Shown here: piece by piece, positions 47,385 to 55,487 of the stretch
Layout: each line of letters starts with the position of its first letter
Position numbering within the stretch: position 1 is the stretch's first letter
DNA from: Vicinamibacteria bacterium
GTDB lineage: Bacteria > Acidobacteriota > Vicinamibacteria > Marinacidobacterales > Marinacidobacteraceae
Reading direction: 5' to 3'
Length of the DNA stretch: 64,000 nucleotides
Assembly: GCA_963668695.2 (NCBI GenBank)
Contig: CAXXLQ010000001.1
Coordinates: 69,807 to 133,806, forward strand
Notes under the pieces: generated by a model
The model's input: the letters and a program-made list of their open reading frames with translations, nothing else
Told to the model about the DNA's origin: nothing
Database searches by the model: none
Position numbers and translations under genes: made by a program

Positions 47385-48842
47385 ATGTCCGGGAAAAGCA
47401 CCTTCCGGCTCCGCAACACCCTCGGCGGCCGCATTCAGCCCTTCCAGCCGAAACGTACGGACGAGGTCCGGATGTACACGTGCGGACTCACGGTGTACGC
47501 CCGGGGACATATCGGGAACTTCCGTACCTTTGTGGCCCAGGACGTCCTTCGCCGCTTCCTTCGTTTCAAGGGCTACCGGGTCCTTCAGGCGATGAACTTC
47601 ACGGACGTCGATGACAAGACCATCCGGGGTGCGGGGGAGGCGGGCGAGCCGCTGCGCGATTACACGACCCGCTACATCGAAGAGTTCTTCGACGATGCCG
47701 ACGCTCTGGGCATCGAGCGCGCCGAGCACTATCCGCGAGCCACCGACCCCGAGTACATCAAGGCGATGATTCGGCTGGTGACGCAACTACTGGAGGGCGG
47801 GGTCGCCTACGAGTCCGACGGCTCCATCTATTTCCGGGTTGCGAGCTTCCCCCGCTACGGGCAGCTCTCCGGCGCGGCGGCCTCCGACCGCCTCGCCGGC
47901 GCCCGCGTGGACTCCGACGAGTACGACAAGGAAGACGCGCAGGACTTCGTCCTCTGGAAGGTGGCGAAACCGGGTGACCCGGTCTGGGATGCGCCTTTCG
48001 GCGCCGGCCGTCCGGGTTGGCATCTGGAATGTTCAGCAATGGGATTGGAACTTCTCGGCTCGGGTTTCGACCTGCACTGCGGCGGCGTGGATCTCGTGTT
48101 CCCGCACCACGAGAACGAGATCGCCCAGAGCGAGGCCGCGACCGGGAGCCCCTTCGTTCGTCACTGGTTCCACTGCGAACACCTGCTGGTGGACGGCCGG
48201 AAAATGTCCAAATCGCTCGGCAATCAATTCACCGTGCGCGAGTTGATCGACGAGGGTTTTGCGCCAGCCACGATCCGTCACCTGCTGGCCGGGGTGCACT
48301 ACCGCCAGCAACTGAACTTCACGAAGGGCGGCCTCCGGCAGGCGGAAGTCGCTATCGGCCGGGTCAACGAGTTCCTGCGCCGTTCGGACGAGGCGGCCCG
48401 CCGCGAGGGAGACCCCGCGAATGAGGGCACGGCGTCTCCCGGCGGCGCCGCGACCAGGGTTGCCGAAGCCCTTGTTCGTTTCGAGGCAGCTCTGGATGAC
48501 GATCTGAACACGTCGAAGGCGCTCAGCGAGGTGTTCACCGCTCTGAGGGAAGGGAACCGGGCGCTCCATGCACCCGGAGGAGCCTCCGAGGCGGGAGTCT
48601 GGGCAGCGGCGATCCGCAGGATGAACACGGTCTTCGGCAGCTTCGAGATGGCCCCCGACTCGGAGACCGGCGAGCGCGTCGACGAGCCAGCCGACCTGGT
48701 CGAGTTGATCCGTGAGCGACGGGAGGCGCGCCAACGAAGGGACTTCGCTCGCGCCGATGAGATCCGGGACGATTTGGCCGCTCGCGGGATCCTTCTCGAG
48801 GATTCTTCGTCGGGCACCATTTGGCGGCGGCGCGAGGACTGA
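47385..48842 (+). CDS. cysS: Cysteine--tRNA ligase
   Basis: 485 aa. MYTCGLTVYARGHIGNFRTF (HIGH-type motif), WHLECSAM and KMSKSLGN. Confidence 0.95.
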   Translation: MSGKSTFRLRNTLGGRIQPFQPKRTDEVRMYTCGLTVYARGHIGNFRTFVAQDVLRRFLRFKGYRVLQAMNFTDVDDKTIRGAGEAGEPLRDYTTRYIEEFFDDADALGIERAEHYPRATDPEYIKAMIRLVTQLLEGGVAYESDGSIYFRVASFPRYGQLSGAAASDRLAGARVDSDEYDKEDAQDFVLWKVAKPGDPVWDAPFGAGRPGWHLECSAMGLELLGSGFDLHCGGVDLVFPHHENEIAQSEAATGSPFVRHWFHCEHLLVDGRKMSKSLGNQFTVRELIDEGFAPATIRHLLAGVHYRQQLNFTKGGLRQAEVAIGRVNEFLRRSDEAARREGDPANEGTASPGGAATRVAEALVRFEAALDDDLNTSKALSEVFTALREGNRALHAPGGASEAGVWAAAIRRMNTVFGSFEMAPDSETGERVDEPADLVELIRERREARQRRDFARADEIRDDLAARGILLEDSSSGTIWRRRED

Positions 48843-48856
48843 GCGCCCGAGCGGCC

Positions 48857-49315
48857 ATGGTCCGGCGGTGCGTTGCTTGCTGGCCATTCCGGCGACGAGC
48901 GCCACATTTGAGGCTCGGAGCCCGTGGCGAGCGGATCGCCGCCCGGGTTCTTCGCCGGTCCGGGTACCGGGTAGTGGCGAGGAACTATCGTCCCGGCCGC
49001 CGGCGAAGCGATGCGGAACTGGACATCGTGGCATGGGAGGGAGACACCCTCGCCGTCGTCGAGGTCAAGACCCGTCGGGGCGGCTTCGGAGATCCGGCGG
49101 AGCGCGTCGACCGCGAAAAGCGCCGCCGGATCCGGCGCTCTGCAGCGCGGATGTGGCGGCGGGAAACGTCCCGAAAAAGGATCCCCCCGGGATCGCACCT
49201 CCGCATGGATGTGGTGGAAGTCTGGTTTCCTGCTACGCGGCCCCGGCGCCTCCTGGCTCGCCTCCGGGAGGTGTTTCGCCGCCCCACCGTACGGATCCGG
49301 CGCGGCGCGTTCTGA
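48857..49315 (+). CDS. YraN-family (UPF0102) endonuclease-like protein
   Basis: Track ORF 48821..49315, trimmed to ATG 48857. GERIAARVLRRSGYRVVARNYR...ELDIVAWEGDTLAVVEVKTRRG. Confidence 0.75.
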   Translation: MVRRCVACWPFRRRAPHLRLGARGERIAARVLRRSGYRVVARNYRPGRRRSDAELDIVAWEGDTLAVVEVKTRRGGFGDPAERVDREKRRRIRRSAARMWRRETSRKRIPPGSHLRMDVVEVWFPATRPRRLLARLREVFRRPTVRIRRGAF

Positions 49316-49369
49316 GCCGGGTCGGGCTCGGACGGGGCGGTATACTCGCTCGCCTTTCTCCAAGGCCGG

Positions 49370-49444
<75 letters not shown>

Positions 49445-49460
49445 GTTATGGGTAGGTCAG

Positions 49461-49533
49461 GGCGGCGTAGCCAAGTGGCCAAGGCGGAGGTCTGCAAAAC
49501 CTCTATTCGGCGGTTCGAATCCGCCCGCCGCCT
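49461..49533 (+). tRNA. tRNA-Cys (anticodon GCA)
   Basis: Acceptor ggcggcg/cgccgcc, anticodon arm gaggt-ctGCAaa-acctc, T arm ggcgg-ttcgaat-ccgcc. No encoded CCA. Confidence 0.9.
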
Positions 49534-49625
49534 CCGCCACTTATCCTGACCGGATGCGCCGCTGACGGCGTGTCCGGTGCGTGTATCCGTCTTTGCGGCG
49601 ATGGGAATCGCCGCCAGACAGGCCG

Positions 49626-49711
49626 GCCGGGATGGCGAAATCGGCAGACGCGGGAGACTTAAAATCTCTTGTCCCCAACGGGACGTGCGGGTTCGAGCCC
49701 CGCTCCCGGCA
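49626..49711 (+). tRNA. tRNA-Leu (anticodon TAA), class II with long variable arm
   Basis: Acceptor gccggga/tcccggc, anticodon loop ctTAAaa, variable arm gtcccc-aac-ggggac-like, T arm gcggg-ttcgagc-cccgc. Confidence 0.85.
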
Positions 49712-49780
49712 GGCCGAAGCGGACGGGGCGGGGGGCGCACTTGATCGGGGTGGTAGCGAGCGGTGAAGTTGTTGGGAATC

Positions 49781-49921
49781 GCGCCCCCCGTCCCGTCCGC
49801 CCCGGCGCTTCGCGCCGGCAATCGAAACTTCCTTGCTCGCCTCCGGCGGGCTGCGGCAAGTTCCGATTGGTCGTTACTGATTGTGAAAGGGGGGGGTGCC
49901 CCCCTTTCACACTTTCCCCCC
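49781..49921 (+). repeat. Family D mosaic repeat (copy without module B) ending in the conserved hairpin
   Basis: gcgccccccgtcccgtccgccccggcgcttcgcgccggc | aatcgaaacttccttgctcgcc...ggcaagttccgattggtcgt | tgtgaaaggggggggtgcccccctttcaca ctttcccccc (hairpin at 49882-49921). Confidence 0.75.
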
Positions 49922-50177
49922 GGAGCCGCGTTCGGCTGCGCCGTGCGGATCCCCCATCCCATCCTGTTCTTGCCGCTCGGGATCCGCCTAGAGCGCCGCG
50001 GCGACGCGCCCCGGTTCCGCATCGCCATGATCGAGTCAGTGGTGCGATCCGTGTCCTGCTAGGTCGTCCACGCGTCCTTGCCGTTTTCTGTTCGCCGCGA
50101 GCTCATGCCATCGCGGACTGGGTAACGAAACACGACCGTGCGGCATTACCCAGCGAGTTCCGATCCCCGACCTTCGG

Positions 50178-50291
50178 TCCGGCCAAGAACGCGGCCCACT
50201 GCTCCATGAGCGCCCGCCGCCGACAACCAGGTCGGTGCGCCGGGAGGGCACCTCGATTCTGTGTGTTCGCATGGGCCAGCGCCAGCTCCCA
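50178..50291 (-). pseudogene. Tyrosine-recombinase (phage-type integrase) C-terminal fragment 1
   Basis: The minus-strand frame reads WELALAHANTQNRGALPAHRPGCRRRALMEQWAAFLAG. This resembles the ...LAH...AAY...DLFERRR.LM..WA.FL tail of P4-type integrases. There is no upstream catalytic domain. Confidence 0.5.
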
Positions 50292-50348
50292 GACCGCCCT
50301 GAGAGTGACCACCAAACCTCCCGGCATCGCTTTCAACGGGGAGTTGAG

Positions 50349-50642
50349 TCATCTGCCCGGCGAATCGCACCCAATTGATCTCGTGGGCTCGTAGCGACCT
50401 CGCCCCGTTCTGGAAACGCGCCCCGCCCTAACGAGTCTCGCCAAGATTCCGGTAGTAATGCTGTCGTAGATCGCTTTGTCCTTGCCGAATCCAACGTCCC
50501 GATCGATTCCAGCGCGTCTGCTGATTTCGGCGGGGCCGAGAACTTCCCCTACCTGATGAGCGTTGACGATTACCGCCATCACGGCCTCGTCCAAACAGTG
50601 CATTCCAATGCGAGCGAGTACGGCTGCTAGTTGGTGGGCCAT
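50349..50642 (-). CDS. Small hypothetical protein, possibly winged-helix DNA-binding
   Basis: Internal ATG of track ORF 50349..50888: MAHQLAAVLARIGMHCLDEAVMAVIVNAHQVGEVLGPAEISRRAGI...ITTGILARLVRAGRVSRTG. It lies in a patch of visibly lower G+C between the two integrase fragments. Weak call. Confidence 0.3.
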   Translation of the reverse strand: MAHQLAAVLARIGMHCLDEAVMAVIVNAHQVGEVLGPAEISRRAGIDRDVGFGKDKAIYDSITTGILARLVRAGRVSRTGRGRYEPTRSIGCDSPGR

Positions 50643-50763
50643 GAGCGCTGCTTTCCTGTGGGTTGATTTGAGACTGATGGGGCCAGCTTCGGGCGGACAT
50701 TGTCCATCACCCTCCCCGCCGCGACCGACCGGCGGGCGAACCCGGATCCCGCGCTCCCTGTCC

Positions 50764-50930
50764 TGATCAGGAACGCGGCCCACTGCTCCATGAGCGCCCG
50801 GCCGCCGCTCGAACAGGTCTTTCTGTCGGTACGCGGCCTCGATACGGTTCGTGTTCACGTGCGCCGGGGCCAGCTCTCGGTCGCGCACGCTGGGCGCGGT
50901 TGCAGAAAGCTCGGCCCGGCCCGCTACTCG
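50764..50930 (-). pseudogene. Tyrosine-recombinase C-terminal fragment 2 (frameshifted)
   Basis: The minus strand reads ...RDRELAPAHVNTNRIEAAYRQKDLFERR and then, in another frame, ALMEQWAAFLI. This is the same integrase tail as fragment 1, interrupted by a frameshift and lacking the catalytic core. Confidence 0.55.
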
Positions 50931-51865
50931 TTTAGTGCGTCAATGTTCCCGCGCAGGCTGAAAACTGCCTGCAAGACGCCATCCGCGCGGGGGGCCGCGC
51001 CGGGGGCCAGCGCAGCGGATCGATTCCCGGAAACGCAAGGGAGTCAACGGGTTTCGGGTGCGACGGTGGCGGACCTCCTTTCACACTTTCCCCCCGGACA
51101 CGCTGGCGTCAAACCCTGCGGGTTCGCCGCCGTGAGTTTTTCCTCGTTTGGCGCACCGCAGTCTCACGCCGCCATCCATCCGGCAGGTCGAACGAACCCC
51201 GGAGGGGGTCGTCCGGCGCTTCGCGCCGGGCTTCCGAAGTGCGGCGAGATCCGCGCGGAGACCCCGGAGCAGGAGGGATTGGGGTCGGGGGCGCGACGCG
51301 CAGCGAGATCGCGCATCGCCGACCGCGAAGAAGCGCGGGGACGGCTTGGAACGCCGGTTTCCGACCGGCATCGCGCGGGAGCGCGAAACCAGCGCCGATG
51401 ACGCTGCGCTGTGCCAACGTGAGGGCCGCACCACCTTTGAGTCCCGGAGGGCGCGACCGATCGCTGCTCCCGCTACCCGGGACGCGCCGTTTTCATGACG
51501 CGCGAGGGTGTGGAGGAGGACCCGATCGTGAGGGTTTCTCCCGGTGGGGGCCGGCACCGCCAGCCGGAGGCTGGTGAAGGTTGTGCTACCGAACGCCGGG
51601 GGGTTTACAATCCGAAATGAACCCGAGTGGTCCACTGCGCTCCGGCTTATGGAACCGAACGGGAGTCACCACTGCCGGGTGGGACGCGCCTCCCGCGAGC
51701 GGCGCCAATCGGCGCCGGGCGGGAAGCCCGAGCCTGGCACGCGACGCCCACCTACGACATCGTAGGACGGAACCAGAGGACCGCCGGGTTCACCTTCGGG
51801 TCGAGCGGTCCGGAAGGGGGGCTGCCCAGTTCGGATAGTGATGCGTAGTCGGTTTGCTACCGGTT

Positions 51866-52096
51866 GCGCCCCCCTTCCGAACCGCCCGGCGCTTCGCGCC
51901 GGCCTTCCGAAGTGCGGCGGGAGCCGCACGGAGACCCCGGAGCAGGAGGGGCTGGGGTCGGGAGACCCGACTCCCAGCCGCTCCTGGCTCGGGAATCGAA
52001 ACTTCCTTGCCCGCTTCGGGCGGGCTACGGCAAGTTCCGATTGGTCGTAGTCAATTTGTGAAAGGGGGAGGTGCCCCCCTTTCACACTTTCCCCCC
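51866..52096 (+). repeat. Family D mosaic repeat (one module B copy) ending in the conserved hairpin
   Basis: gcgccccccttccgaaccgcccggcgcttcgcgccgg | cttccgaagtgcggcgggagccgcacggagaccccggagcagg... | ctcgggaatcgaaacttccttgcccgc...ggcaagttccgattggtcgt | tgtgaaagggggaggtgcccccctttcaca ctttcccccc (hairpin at 52057-52096). Confidence 0.8.
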
Positions 52097-52240
52097 TCGG
52101 GTCGAGCGGTCAGGGAGGGGGGGTGTCAGGCGCCAGAAAAGAGGGGAGCCCTCCGCGTTTCGTCGCGCTCGCGCGCGACGAGGCCGGTCGGAGGCCGGAG
52201 GCCCCTATAGGGCGCTATCCGGCGGGTGAGCGGAGAGTCG

Positions 52241-53383
52241 TCATCCCAGGGCTTGGTCCAGATCGGCGATCAGATCGGCCGGATGCTCCAATCCGACGGA
52301 CACCCGAATGAGATCGCGGGGGGTCTTGGTGTCCGGTCCCTCGACGAGCGCGCGGTGCTCTACCAGGCTTTCGACGCCGCCCAGGCTCGTTGCCCGCGTG
52401 AAGAGTTTGATGCGCGAGAGCACGCCCTTCGCGTGATCCTCTCCTCCGAGGGCCCGGAAGGAGAGCATGGCGCCGTAACCGTCTCCCTGGCGGGTCTGGA
52501 CTGCGTGTCCGGGATCCGAAGCGAGCCCCGGATAGAAAGTCGCCGCCACGCGGGGATGGCCGCTCAGGAACTCCGCGAGCTTTCCCGCCGTCTCCGACTG
52601 GGCCCGGATCCGGACGGGCAGGGTTCTCATCCCTCGGCGGAGCAGCCAGGCGTCGAACGGAGATGGCACCGGGCCGGTCTCGGTTTGCACGAAACGCAGC
52701 CGTGAGGCGAGTTCGAGACCTTCCCGCAGCACGACCGCTCCGCCGGTTACGTCGCTGTGCCCGCCGAAGTACTTCGTGGTGGCGTGGATCACGATGTCCG
52801 CGCCGAGAGCCAGTGGCCGCTGAAGAACCGGTGTCATCCAGGTGTTGTCCACGGCGACCAGCGCTCCCACGGCGCGGCAGCGGGCGGCGACGGCCGCGAT
52901 GTCGGTGATTCGCAGGGTGGGGTTCGAGGGGGTCTCCAGGATGGCGAGCGCGGGCCGTTCGTCAAGGCCGGCGGTTACGTCCTCCGGGTCCAGGAAATCG
53001 GTGAAGCGGGTCCGGAGCCCCCAGCGAGCGAGAGACTCCTTCGCGAGGCGCACGGTCCCGTGATAGGCGTCCTGCGGCGCCAGGACGAGATCTCCGGGCG
53101 AGAGGGTCAGGAGAAGCGAATGAACGGCGGCGAGTCCCGAGGCAAAGCTCACGCACTCCGCGCCTCCCTCCAGGTCGGCGACCGCCTGCTCGAGCGCCGT
53201 CCGATCCGGATTGCCGCTGCGTCCGTAGATGAAGTCCGAAGCGAGGTTCCCCTCGGGATCTCGCCGGAACGTGGTCGAGAGGTGGATCGGCGGCGCCACG
53301 GCCCCCGCCAGGTTCTCGGAGGAGCCGGCGTGCACGCTCCGGGTCTCGATCCGGTAATTCTTCTTGTCGTCCATGCGGCGCAT
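52241..53383 (-). CDS. Cys/Met-metabolism PLP-dependent enzyme (cystathionine gamma-synthase/lyase family)
   Basis: Track ORF 52241..53734, trimmed to ATG 53383 (alternative 53374); upstream is repeat translation. Has YGRSGNPDRTALE, VDNTWMTP and HATTKYFGGHSD (PLP Lys). Confidence 0.85.
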   Translation of the reverse strand: MRRMDDKKNYRIETRSVHAGSSENLAGAVAPPIHLSTTFRRDPEGNLASDFIYGRSGNPDRTALEQAVADLEGGAECVSFASGLAAVHSLLLTLSPGDLVLAPQDAYHGTVRLAKESLARWGLRTRFTDFLDPEDVTAGLDERPALAILETPSNPTLRITDIAAVAARCRAVGALVAVDNTWMTPVLQRPLALGADIVIHATTKYFGGHSDVTGGAVVLREGLELASRLRFVQTETGPVPSPFDAWLLRRGMRTLPVRIRAQSETAGKLAEFLSGHPRVAATFYPGLASDPGHAVQTRQGDGYGAMLSFRALGGEDHAKGVLSRIKLFTRATSLGGVESLVEHRALVEGPDTKTPRDLIRVSVGLEHPADLIADLDQALG

Positions 53384-53420
53384 TATGCGGTTCGGACCCG
53401 GCCACGGCGTCCACCGGAGC

Positions 53421-53644
53421 ACTAGCAGCCTGTGGATAAAGTGGCGTGAGCGCCGAGAGTGGCGAGGCGCCCGGCTGACAAGGCGCGCGAGGGAGGAGCC
53501 CCCACCGGGAGAACTGGCCCGAGTGTATTTCGACCGAAGCGCAACGATGAGCGAGGCGAAGCGCCAGTTCTCCCGGTGGGGGGGCGGTTCAGCCGGGATG
53601 GATCGCCGGTCGAACGCCGCGTGACTTTGTTCACAGGCTGCTAG
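53421..53644. mobile_element. MITE-like repeat element, family A, complete copy
   Basis: Ends are ctagcagcctgtggataaagtgg and gactttgttcacaggctgctag, with internal A modules. It sits between the divergent PLP-enzyme and ECF sigma genes. Confidence 0.7.
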
Positions 53645-53658
53645 GCTGCCGCCCACTG

Positions 53659-54303
53659 TTGCGCGACGCGAACAAACGGGCAGGTCCAGTGCGTCTTTCT
53701 TCCGAGGAGTCGAAGGATGCGCCGGTTGATCCACTTCGGGAGGAACGAGCCCTGGAGGATGCAGAGGAGCGCCGCCTGTTTCAAAGGTTTCGGGAGGCGG
53801 GAGACCTGTCCGCCTTCGACGAACTCGTTCGCCGCACCGAGAGTCGAGTTCGTTCGGTGGCCCTCGCCATCCTCCGGGATCGGGCCGAGGCCGAAGACGC
53901 GGCCCAGGAGGCCTTTCTCCGGGCCTTCAGGCGCGCTTCCAGCTATCGGGGAGAGGGGCCGGTGGGCGCCTGGCTGTGCCGGATCGCGGTCCGTTCGGCC
54001 CACGACGCGCTCCGGCGGGCCGGCAGGCAGCGGCGACTCATCGAAGTGGCGAAGCAGCCCGGAGATGTGCAGGCGGAAGCCGGAAGCGTTGATCCGGAGG
54101 AAGAACTGCACCGCCGCACGGAGGTGGAGTCAGCGCTTCGGACGCTGCCCGCAGACGAGCGCGAGGCGCTGGTGCTGAAGGAAGTAGCAGGAATGACCTA
54201 CCGGGAAATCTCCGAGTCGTGCGGCGTTCCGCTCGGGACCGTACAGTCCCGGATTCATCGGGCGCGCCAGCGCCTGGCCGACGCCCTTCGTCCGAGGGCT
54301 TGA
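53659..54303 (+). CDS. ECF-type RNA polymerase sigma factor (sigma-70 family group IV)
   Basis: Region 2 is FDELVRRTESRVRSVALAILRDRAEAEDAAQEAFLRAF. Region 4 is EREALVLKEVAGMTYREISESCGVPLGTVQSRIHRARQRL. Start is TTG 53659 or GTG 53689, uncertain. Confidence 0.85.
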   Translation: MRDANKRAGPVRLSSEESKDAPVDPLREERALEDAEERRLFQRFREAGDLSAFDELVRRTESRVRSVALAILRDRAEAEDAAQEAFLRAFRRASSYRGEGPVGAWLCRIAVRSAHDALRRAGRQRRLIEVAKQPGDVQAEAGSVDPEEELHRRTEVESALRTLPADEREALVLKEVAGMTYREISESCGVPLGTVQSRIHRARQRLADALRPRA

Positions 54304-54347
54304 ACCGAGGGCTTGATCCGAGGGGTTGAACCGCGGAGCCGAACGAA

Positions 54348-54893
54348 ATGACCGATCAAGAAGTTCTCTCGGCGTATCTGGACGGCGAGCTCCCGCCGGC
54401 CGTGGCCCGGCGAGTCGAGGAGCGCCTCGACACCGATCCGGGGCTCCGCCCGGGGCTCAGGCAGGAGTACCACCGTCTCCAGCAGGTTTCCGCAGTCCTC
54501 CAGGTCCGCTGCGAGGCCGATCCCGGATTCCTCGTTCGGCATCGTCAGCGGCGTGATGATCTGTCACCGATCCGGCAATGGACCTGGAGGCAGTTGGGAT
54601 ACCGGCTGACCGGGGTGGCCGCCGGAATGTTGATTGCCGCCGGTCTCAGCGTCTGGCAGGCCGAATGGCAGGCAGTGGACACGCCCGCGAACGCCACTGC
54701 GGAAGCCGAGGAGCTGGATTTGCTCGACTTCGAGGGCCAGATCCTGGCCGCGCCGGATTTCGGATCTCCGGATTTCGGATCCCCGGATTTCGAATCCCCG
54801 GTTTTCGAATCCCTGGCCATGGAAGGCCCGACTGACGAGCCGGTACTCCTGATTGTGCTTGGGGCCGGTTTTTCGCCGTCCGGGGAACGCTGA
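54348..54893 (+). CDS. Anti-sigma factor (single-pass membrane)
   Basis: N-terminus MTDQEVLSAYLDGELPPAVARRVEERL is typical of ECF anti-sigma factors. One TM segment (LTGVAAGMLIAAGLSVW). The periplasmic tail carries PDFGS PDFGS PDFES PVFES repeats. Confidence 0.8.
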   Translation: MTDQEVLSAYLDGELPPAVARRVEERLDTDPGLRPGLRQEYHRLQQVSAVLQVRCEADPGFLVRHRQRRDDLSPIRQWTWRQLGYRLTGVAAGMLIAAGLSVWQAEWQAVDTPANATAEAEELDLLDFEGQILAAPDFGSPDFGSPDFESPVFESLAMEGPTDEPVLLIVLGAGFSPSGER

Positions 54894-55456
54894 TGCCCGA
54901 AGCGAACCTGACCCCGCCGTCCGAGTCGGCGAACCGACGCTGGAAGCGGTTGATGCCGCTGCTCCTGGTGCTTGTCGGCTTCGGCGCCGGAGTGCTGGCG
55001 AGCCACCTCGCGCCGTCCGTCAGAAGGCATCGGGGCGCGGGCGGCGAGCATCGCATGGGCCATTTGAACGACTCCGACTCCCGGTCGGGGCGGCGCGCCG
55101 GCGAGGGGGCCGAACGAGGCCGTTCCCGCAGCCGCGAGGCTCGGGAAGGCGAGGAGCGAAGTCGCCGGTTCCGCGAACAACTCGCCCGCCGCCTCGGTCT
55201 CGACGAGGACCAACAGGCGCGGATGGAAGCCTTCATCGAGTTGAACCGCGCCGAAGCCAGTGAATTTTGGGATGACACCTACGCTCGCTACCGCGAACTG
55301 CGGCTGCGGTTCCGCGAGCAGATCCGCGAGATCCTCAATGAGTCGCAGCGTCAGACCTTCGACGCCTGGATGCGCGAGAGAGGACGAAACGACGGGTCCC
55401 CCGATTCCGTAGAGGATTCCGCGGAAGGGGCGACCCCCGGAGGGAGAGCACGATGA
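54893..55456 (+). CDS. Periplasmic Spy/CpxP/ZraP-like (LTXXQ-type) protein
   Basis: 187 aa. N-terminal TM/signal anchor, basic linker, then helical LGLDEDQQARMEAFIE and ILNESQRQTFDAWM (LxxxQ motifs). Its ATG overlaps the anti-sigma stop. Confidence 0.65.
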   Translation: MPEANLTPPSESANRRWKRLMPLLLVLVGFGAGVLASHLAPSVRRHRGAGGEHRMGHLNDSDSRSGRRAGEGAERGRSRSREAREGEERSRRFREQLARRLGLDEDQQARMEAFIELNRAEASEFWDDTYARYRELRLRFREQIREILNESQRQTFDAWMRERGRNDGSPDSVEDSAEGATPGGRAR

Positions 55457-55487
55457 CGGGAGAGAGCACGATGACGGGAGAAAGAAG

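Noticed and set aside
51540-51830. Possible cobalamin riboswitch (caccactgcc...gggaagcccgagcctggc resembles the CACUGCC / AGCCAGGAGACCUGCC B12-box region) or SRP RNA helix 8 (ggtccggaagg).
   Set aside because: The other conserved riboswitch cores (GGGAA...GGUG.GAAUCC...CCCGCAACUGU) are absent. The B12-box match is imperfect and no plus-strand gene lies downstream. The SRP-like 11-mer lacks the conserved AGCAGCC partner, and its flank is itself repeated at about 52098. The region is left as an unassigned structured segment pending cmscan.
53670-53696. ECF-type promoter-like motif GAAC-N18-CGTCT upstream of or within the ECF sigma gene start region.
   Set aside because: The spacing is 1-2 nt longer than the usual 16-17 nt. 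The implied TSS (about 53703) would fall downstream of both plausible start codons (53659, 53689), with no alternative in-frame start before region 2. It probably arose by chance.
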